A DNA stretch of 64,000 nucleotides from contig OZ251487.1 in assembly GCA_965242685.1 (NCBI GenBank), positions 865,199-929,198 of the forward strand, read 5' to 3'. A program made the position numbers and the translations under genes. The notes beneath the pieces are model-generated. The model made no database searches. It was not told the origin of the DNA and saw only the letters and a program-made list of their open reading frames with translations. This document shows positions 58,410 through 64,000 of the stretch, one piece after another. The number at the start of each line of letters is the position of its first letter. Within the stretch, counting starts at the first letter, position 1. This DNA is from Gammaproteobacteria bacterium. GTDB taxonomy: Bacteria > Pseudomonadota > Gammaproteobacteria > UBA4575.

Positions 58410-58592
58410 TTAGTCGTCCTGTATTTGCAGCGCCCCCGATGGACATTTTGCAACGGTTTTACGAATATCCTCTTCCGGTGCGGCACTCTGATCAATTACA
58501 AATTCTCCGTCTACAACCTTGAATACTTCCGGTGAACCTTTGACACATTCCCCGGCATGGCTACATACATTGGCATCATAAGTTACTTGCAT
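58410..58592 (-). CDS. divergent 4Fe-4S mono-cluster ferredoxin-like protein (60 aa)
   Basis: C-x5-C ... C-P pattern (CSHAGEC ... CPSGAL) typical of the small mono-cluster ferredoxin family. Confidence 0.55.
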   Translation of the reverse strand: MQVTYDANVCSHAGECVKGSPEVFKVVDGEFVIDQSAAPEEDIRKTVAKCPSGALQIQDD

Positions 58593-58899
58593 GGTCGTCT
58601 CCTCATTTATAAAGACTTATTAATGATTGCTGCCGTGTTTAGTAGACTCTCCACAGTCATTTCTCCACGGGTTACTTCTCTACGGCTACTTATTATAGAT
58701 TATATCTATTTTTATTATAGCAAAAAAATTTCTTTATCTGTATCACTAAAAACCGGTAATGGTAAATAAAAATGTGGGCGGATAGCTCTGGCTATGCGGG
58801 TAAATGCGGGGGGTGGGTTGGAGATCAACGGCTAAGAATTGCGTTGCGTCTTGATGACGGCGTTACGTGTAGTTTTCAAAAGGTATCTAGCAGTCCCTT

Positions 58900-59298
58900 T
58901 TAGGGGCCTCCTTTTGAATCAAATTCTAAGGATATGGAGTTGATACAATATCTCATATTGTTTGGGGGGATGCCATCTTCAAAGACATGTCCGAGATGTG
59001 CTCCACAGGCGGCACACAGTACTTCTGTTCTTTGCATTCCATGGCTCAAGTCGATCTCGGTCGTTACACTTTCGTCTTTATACGGTTGATAAAAGCTGGG
59101 CCAACCGGTACCGGAGTCAAACTTGTGTTGTGAATGAAAGAGGGGGTTTTTGCAGCAAACGCATCTGTAAAGGCCTTTTTCTTTGTGGTTGTGGTATTTG
59201 CCGCTAAAAGGTGGCTCCGTGCCCTTCTGCCTACAGATGTAGAATTGTTCCGGCGTTAGATCTTTACGCCACTGTTGCGTTGACTTTTTGATCTCCAC
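58900..59298 (-). CDS. msrB: peptide-methionine (R)-S-oxide reductase
   Basis: Zn site CVCC/CAAC and catalytic RYCINS (GTGWPSF). GTG start. Confidence 0.9.
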   Translation of the reverse strand: MEIKKSTQQWRKDLTPEQFYICRQKGTEPPFSGKYHNHKEKGLYRCVCCKNPLFHSQHKFDSGTGWPSFYQPYKDESVTTEIDLSHGMQRTEVLCAACGAHLGHVFEDGIPPNNMRYCINSISLEFDSKGGP

Positions 59299-59355
59299 GT
59301 TACTTGGGTGTTAGATTTTACGCCACTGTTGTGCTGATTTTTTTATTTCCACACG
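59256..59355 (-). repeat. about 45-bp tandem duplication of the msrB 5' end
   Basis: ttagatctttacgccactgttgcgttgactttttgatctccac (59256-59300) versus ttagattttacgccactgttgtgctgatttttttatttccac (59311-59355). The second copy encodes VEIKKSAQQWRKI*, a decayed copy of the msrB start [12 protein letters not shown]. Confidence 0.7.
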
Positions 59356-59362
59356 GGTGCGG

Positions 59363-60646
59363 TCAACGGCTCGATGTTTTGTAGTTCTTAATCTCGTCAA
59401 TGATGTCTTGCAACGCTGCATGGACCCATTCATGTTTATTCTCAAACCTCTCATGGATGTGGGATTCCGTTTCCCTGAACCACGGCGTTTCAAACTTGAA
59501 TTCAAGTTTGTACTGCCGGTCGGGATCGGGCGTTTGATAGGAATTCAAACGAGATTTCCAATCTTTCGCAATGCCGACTTTATATTCGCCCGGATATTTC
59601 GGATTCGAGATGACATACACAAATTTCTGCTCTTGGTAGTCCGTACCCTGATCCGTCCGTTTCGGTGGATCCGTTCTCATGTGAATCTTGTTTTGAGATT
59701 TAAGTAAATGGCTGGGGTCGGCCACTTCTTTGGTCAATCGCTGCTTAACGAGTTCATACGCCTTTATTGTTATATCAACACCGATCCATTGCCTGTTCAG
59801 TTCCTCGGCCGCAACGCACGTGGTCGCACAACCGCAAAACGGGTCAAGCACTATATCCCCCTCGTTGCTGGAGGCCTGGATGATGCGCCTTAATAAGGCC
59901 AAAGGTTTCTGGGTGGGATAGCCGGTATAATTGCGCGCCGCCGGCTGTACGCAAGGGATGCGCCAAACCGCGTCAACCTTTTTGTCCGTCACTGTGCGAT
60001 ACATAATTTTGCCGTCTGGCCCACGCTTGTTTTTCAACACACCATCAACGTTCTTCCTGACTAATTGCCTTGTTGGGTTTTCCCGTAATTCTCGTTGCGG
60101 ATTGAACTTTGTTTGATGGCTGCAAGCATAAAAAAGCAGTTGGTCGTAGTTCCGACCAAAGAGACGCTTTCCAGCCGAATACTTATTATAATAGTGCCAG
60201 ATGATTTCATTCCGAAAATTCTTCTCTCCAAAGATACAATCCATCGTGGTCTTCAGATAATGGCTCATCGTGGGGTCGCAATGCAGATAGATGCTCCCCG
60301 TTGGCTTGAGCACCCGGCGGCATTCCAAGAGGCGAATCGCCATATACGCCAAGTAGGCGAAGTTGTGGGGCTTGCCTATCCCCCGTATGCCATCGAGATA
60401 ACTAAAAAGATCGCTCTGATTTTCCTCAAGGGTCTTTAGCCACTCTTCCTTCAGATCGTCTTGCGTGAAAATATCCTTAAAACTGGCGCCTTCGGCACTG
60501 GTGCCGATGGGGGCGGTAAATTTCTTATTCTTGTTGAAGGGCGGGTCCAGATAGATTAAGTCGATACACTCCGAGTTGATCCCCTGCAAAATATCCAGGT
60601 TGTCATCACAGAAAATGGTTCGGTTTTGTACATTGCATTCCGTCAT
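59363..60646 (-). CDS. orphan beta-class N6-adenine/N4-cytosine DNA methyltransferase fused to a C-terminal T5orf172 (GIY-YIG-like) domain
   Basis: N-terminal DPPF (motif IV) and MTase N-4/N-6 fold blocks. C-terminal FVYVISNPKYPGEYKVGIAKDWKSRLNSYQTPDP...HERFENKHEW matches the T5orf172 pattern. ATG lies 4 nt after the pnp stop. No restriction endonuclease gene nearby. Confidence 0.8.
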   Translation of the reverse strand: MTECNVQNRTIFCDDNLDILQGINSECIDLIYLDPPFNKNKKFTAPIGTSAEGASFKDIFTQDDLKEEWLKTLEENQSDLFSYLDGIRGIGKPHNFAYLAYMAIRLLECRRVLKPTGSIYLHCDPTMSHYLKTTMDCIFGEKNFRNEIIWHYYNKYSAGKRLFGRNYDQLLFYACSHQTKFNPQRELRENPTRQLVRKNVDGVLKNKRGPDGKIMYRTVTDKKVDAVWRIPCVQPAARNYTGYPTQKPLALLRRIIQASSNEGDIVLDPFCGCATTCVAAEELNRQWIGVDITIKAYELVKQRLTKEVADPSHLLKSQNKIHMRTDPPKRTDQGTDYQEQKFVYVISNPKYPGEYKVGIAKDWKSRLNSYQTPDPDRQYKLEFKFETPWFRETESHIHERFENKHEWVHAALQDIIDEIKNYKTSSR

Positions 60647-60650
60647 TTAT

Positions 60651-62741
60651 TTACAAGCGGTCGCTTTCTACGGCTTTCATGCTCAATCTGATGCGCCCCT
60701 GCTTGTCAATTTCAAGCACTTTTACCGTGATGATGTCGCCTTCGGTGAGTTCGTCGCTTACATTTTCTACGCGCTCATGTGAAATTTGTGAGATATGCAC
60801 CAATCCATCCTTGCCGGGTAACACGCTGACAAAGGCGCCAAAATCCATAATTTTCACGACTTTGCCTTCGTAGGTTTTACCTACTACTACGTCTTCGGTA
60901 ATTTGTTCGATGCGGCGTTTGGCAATATCACCGGCGGCTTTATCCACCGACGCAATGCGCACAACGCCTTCATCGTCAATGTCAATGGTGGTGCCGGTCT
61001 CCTCCGTCAATGCGCGAATGGTGGCGCCTCCCTTGCCGATCACGTCGCGTATTTTGTCGGGATGGATCCTTAGCACCGTAAAGCGAGGCGCATACTCGGA
61101 CATTTCTTGACGCGGCGCGGAAATCACGGCGTTCATTTTTTCAAGTATGTGTAAACGGCCTTCGCGCGCCTGTGTAAGTGCTATTTGCATGATCTCCCGC
61201 GTAATTCCTTCAACTTTGATGTCCATTTGTAATGCGGTCACCCCTTCCTGCGTCCCGGCAACCTTGAAGTCCATATCGCCAAGATGGTCTTCATCGCCTA
61301 AAATATCGGTCAGTACAACGAAGTCATCGCCTTCTTTAATCAGACCCATAGCTATACCCGCAACCGGCGCCTTGATGGGTACTCCGGCATCCATCAAGGA
61401 TAAGCTGGTGCCACAGACGCTGGCCATGGAACTGGAGCCGTTGGACTCGGTAATCTCCGAGACTACGCGTATTACATAAGGGAATTCATCTTCAGTGGGG
61501 ACCACGGCGCGAATCCCTCGTTTTGCGAGCTTTCCGTGACCCACTTCACGACGCTTGGGTGAACCTATAAACCCGGTTTCACCTACACTGAATGGCGGAA
61601 AGTTGTAGTGCAGTATGAAGTTGTCTTTGAATTCGCCTTCTATGGCATCGATGATCTGGGCGTCTCTGCCCGTGCCCAGCGTAGTAACCACCAGTGCTTG
61701 TGTTTCGCCGCGGGTGAATAGCGCGCTGCCATGGGTGCGAGGCAAAAGACCCGTGCGAACCGTAACCGGGCGAACCATGTTTTTATCTCGTCCGTCTATA
61801 CGCTTTTCACCGGATAAAACCCGCTCACGCACGGTTTTTTTCTCAAGCCTTTTAAGGGCGTCAAGCATATCGGCCTCACTGTGTCCTCCTTCTTCGTCTA
61901 TCAGCGACTCACACGCCTCCCTACAGATTTGGCCGACCCTTTCCTGACGCTCCAGTTTGCCCGCAATTTTATAGGCTTCCCCCAGCTCCCGACCACAAGT
62001 AGAGTCGACCTTTTCTTCCAGAGATTCGTCACGCTCGGGCGGCTGCCAATCCCATGCCGGTTTCCCCGCCTTATCCGCAAATTCCTGAATCGCGCTTATC
62101 GCCGCCTGTAGTTGTTCGTGACCAAACATCACCGCGCCAAGCATGATCTCTTCGGAAAGAACATCGGCCTCCGATTCCACCATCAAAACAACGTCCTTCG
62201 TTCCCGCAACAACGAGGTCAAGCCGGGATGTTTTAAGCAAGGAATAGCCGGGATTTAAGATATAGCCGCCGTTCTTGTAGCCAACTCGCGCCGCACCCAT
62301 CGGCCCGCTAAAAGGCATGCCGGATATCGATAAGGCGGCAGAGGCGCCGATCATCGCCGGTATGTCGGGGTCTACATCGGTATTCATGGAGATTACCGTG
62401 GCAATGACTTGGACTTCGTTGGTGAAGCTCTTGGGAAACATCGGGCGAAGGGGGCGATCAATGAGGCGAGAAGTTAAGGTCTCTTTTTCGGAAGGGCGTC
62501 CTTCTCGCTTGAAAAAACCGCCGGGTATTTTACCGGCGGCATAGGTCTTTTCCTGATAATTTACCGTAAGCGGAAAGAAATCCCGCCCCGACCCCGGGTC
62601 TTTCTGCCCAACTACAGTTACCAGCACCGTAGTGCCGCCCATATCAACCACAACCGCTCCATCCGCCTGACGCGCAACTTCTCCGGTTTCCAATGTGACT
62701 GAATGTTCTCCATACAAAAATGATTGCATTATTTTATTCAC
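60651..62741 (-). CDS. pnp: polyribonucleotide nucleotidyltransferase (PNPase)
   Basis: Two RNase PH domains, KH and S1 domains. N-terminus (M)[19 protein letters not shown] parallels E. coli. GTG start. Confidence 0.95.
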   Translation of the reverse strand: MNKIMQSFLYGEHSVTLETGEVARQADGAVVVDMGGTTVLVTVVGQKDPGSGRDFFPLTVNYQEKTYAAGKIPGGFFKREGRPSEKETLTSRLIDRPLRPMFPKSFTNEVQVIATVISMNTDVDPDIPAMIGASAALSISGMPFSGPMGAARVGYKNGGYILNPGYSLLKTSRLDLVVAGTKDVVLMVESEADVLSEEIMLGAVMFGHEQLQAAISAIQEFADKAGKPAWDWQPPERDESLEEKVDSTCGRELGEAYKIAGKLERQERVGQICREACESLIDEEGGHSEADMLDALKRLEKKTVRERVLSGEKRIDGRDKNMVRPVTVRTGLLPRTHGSALFTRGETQALVVTTLGTGRDAQIIDAIEGEFKDNFILHYNFPPFSVGETGFIGSPKRREVGHGKLAKRGIRAVVPTEDEFPYVIRVVSEITESNGSSSMASVCGTSLSLMDAGVPIKAPVAGIAMGLIKEGDDFVVLTDILGDEDHLGDMDFKVAGTQEGVTALQMDIKVEGITREIMQIALTQAREGRLHILEKMNAVISAPRQEMSEYAPRFTVLRIHPDKIRDVIGKGGATIRALTEETGTTIDIDDEGVVRIASVDKAAGDIAKRRIEQITEDVVVGKTYEGKVVKIMDFGAFVSVLPGKDGLVHISQISHERVENVSDELTEGDIITVKVLEIDKQGRIRLSMKAVESDRL

Positions 62742-62883
62742 TGATTTTTTCCAACTTTGTTATCTATTCCAGAATTGCATAGTCCGTTAAAAGTGCCTGC
62801 ATCGTCTACACAGGCAGACATGTAAAACATTAACTACGCCCGCTATTAATTGCTGAATATCTTTCTAAAGGAGAGATGTTTAT

Positions 62884-63153
62884 TCAGCGCCTTAGTCCGA
62901 GTGAACCGATCAGTTCCCGATACCTTTTTTGGTCTCTATTTTGCAAGTAATTCAGAAGCTTTCGGCGATGGTTGACCATCTTCAACAACCCATGCCGAGA
63001 ATGATGGTCTTTCTTGTGTATTTTGAGGTGTTCGCTTAAATATGAGATTCGTGCCGATAAGAGTGCAACCTGCACTTCCGGCGACCCTGTATCGGTGTCA
63101 TTGCGCCGATATTTTTCAACAATTTCCGATTTGTCATCCGCTGTAGTCGCCAT
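62884..63153 (-). CDS. rpsO: 30S ribosomal protein S15
   Basis: 89 aa. [11 protein letters not shown]...[12 protein letters not shown]...LGLRR is near-identical in pattern to E. coli S15. Confidence 0.95.
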   Translation of the reverse strand: MATTADDKSEIVEKYRRNDTDTGSPEVQVALLSARISYLSEHLKIHKKDHHSRHGLLKMVNHRRKLLNYLQNRDQKRYRELIGSLGLRR

Positions 63154-63335
63154 TTTTCAGTTTGCCTTTGTGCTCTTTTCGCATTAGCGAATCTATTCAA
63201 ACGTGGGATTTTACCATGCAAGCCATAGCAGACAAGAATAAATCATGGAAATTCCGCATTAATAATTTTTCTGGGCTATATTTTTTGATGATCTAAATCT
63301 GGTCTCGGGCGGCGAACCCGTGGCAGGTTCCCCAA

Positions 63336-64000
63336 TTAAACAACTTCCCGCAATCGATCCTCTGCGGCTAGGATGTCATCGGGTGAAATAAGGACTTCAT
63401 CAAGTGAAGACGGTGATCTTTGGGCGCGCTTCTCCAGTTCCGGCAGTGTATATTGAACGGGGTCAACAAACGGGCCGATACTCGTGCGCCGTAAATTTAC
63501 GACATGCGCACCACAGCCTAAGTATCGCCCCAAATCTTCGACCAGAACTCTAATATACGTACCTTTTGAACAATGGACATATATATGCAGGAGGTCTCCC
63601 TCACGTTTGGTCAAAACAAGTTTATAAATTTGAATTTTTCTTGGCTGTCGCTCAATTTCAATCCCTTTTCTCGCCAATTTGTATAGCCTCGTACCTCGGT
63701 ACTTCAAGGCTGAAAACATCGGTGGAATCTGCTCAATACTGCCAGCCAGGTGTTTTATGCCTTGACTCACGGCATAGTCCGTAATAAAGGATGCATCCTG
63801 CCGTGCGGTCACCTTGCCGTCTGTATCCCCCGTCTCCGTAGTAACGCCAAGCTTGAGCAGTACCTCGTAACGTTTATCCGCACTAAGTAAGTAGTTTGCT
63901 ATTTTTGTCGCACGACCAAAGCAAACGACCAATAACCCGGTTGCAAGGGGGTCCAAGCTCCCGGTGTGTCCGGCTTTTGCGGCATGAAATAATCTTTTTA
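63336..64000 (-). CDS. truB: tRNA pseudouridine(55) synthase, N-terminus beyond the window edge
   Basis: ...KAGHTGSLDPLATGLLVVCFGRATK catalytic Asp motif. The ORF stays open to position 64000. Confidence 0.9.
   Translation of the reverse strand, partial: KRLFHAAKAGHTGSLDPLATGLLVVCFGRATKIANYLLSADKRYEVLLKLGVTTETGDTDGKVTARQDASFITDYAVSQGIKHLAGSIEQIPPMFSALKYRGTRLYKLARKGIEIERQPRKIQIYKLVLTKREGDLLHIYVHCSKGTYIRVLVEDLGRYLGCGAHVVNLRRTSIGPFVDPVQYTLPELEKRAQRSPSSLDEVLISPDDILAAEDRLREVV

Noticed and set aside
59311-59505. 64-aa ORF upstream of msrB
   Set aside because: It is an artefactual reading frame. It terminates within the decayed duplicate of the msrB start and runs through the 3' end of the MTase gene region.

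Overview
This 64 kb window is a gammaproteobacterial chromosomal segment (gene-order hallmarks: rpoE-rseA-rseB-degP-lepA, nadB divergent from rpoE, ffs-dnaX-ybaB-recR, guaBA divergent from xseA, rpsO-pnp, truB). The conserved backbone is interrupted by several accessory modules. (1) A copper-dependent methanethiol-oxidase (SBP56/MtoX) cluster with an atypical SCO1/SenC gene, a MauG-like di-haem peroxidase and a TlpA-like thioredoxin. (2) An organosulfur/flavin cluster: ribBA, an SfnG-like LLM monooxygenase, an SsuE/MsuE-like FMN reductase, OsmC, an HpaC-like flavin reductase, an orphan LivK-type binding protein and an orphan sigma-54 NtrC-type regulator. Within it, two copies of a ~88 bp sigma-54 promoter module drive ribBA and the binding-protein gene. 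(3) icd and aceA side by side, with a tRNA-Ser flanked by DUF1820 and a DUF411 copper protein. (4) A Liv-type ABC importer with an acyl-CoA ligase but no adjacent binding protein. (5) A Type I R-M system (hsdM-S-R) wedged between tadA and guaA. (6) A DksA homologue carrying a ~215-aa N-terminal lysine/alanine/threonine-rich tail encoded by ~18 tandem 33-bp repeats. (7) An orphan beta-class DNA methyltransferase fused to a T5orf172 (GIY-YIG-like) domain, inserted exactly between pnp and msrB and accompanied by a ~45-bp tandem duplication of the msrB 5' end. There is no CRISPR array, integrase or transposase. All calls rest on reading the supplied translations for motifs and on remembered family signatures. 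No database search was run.
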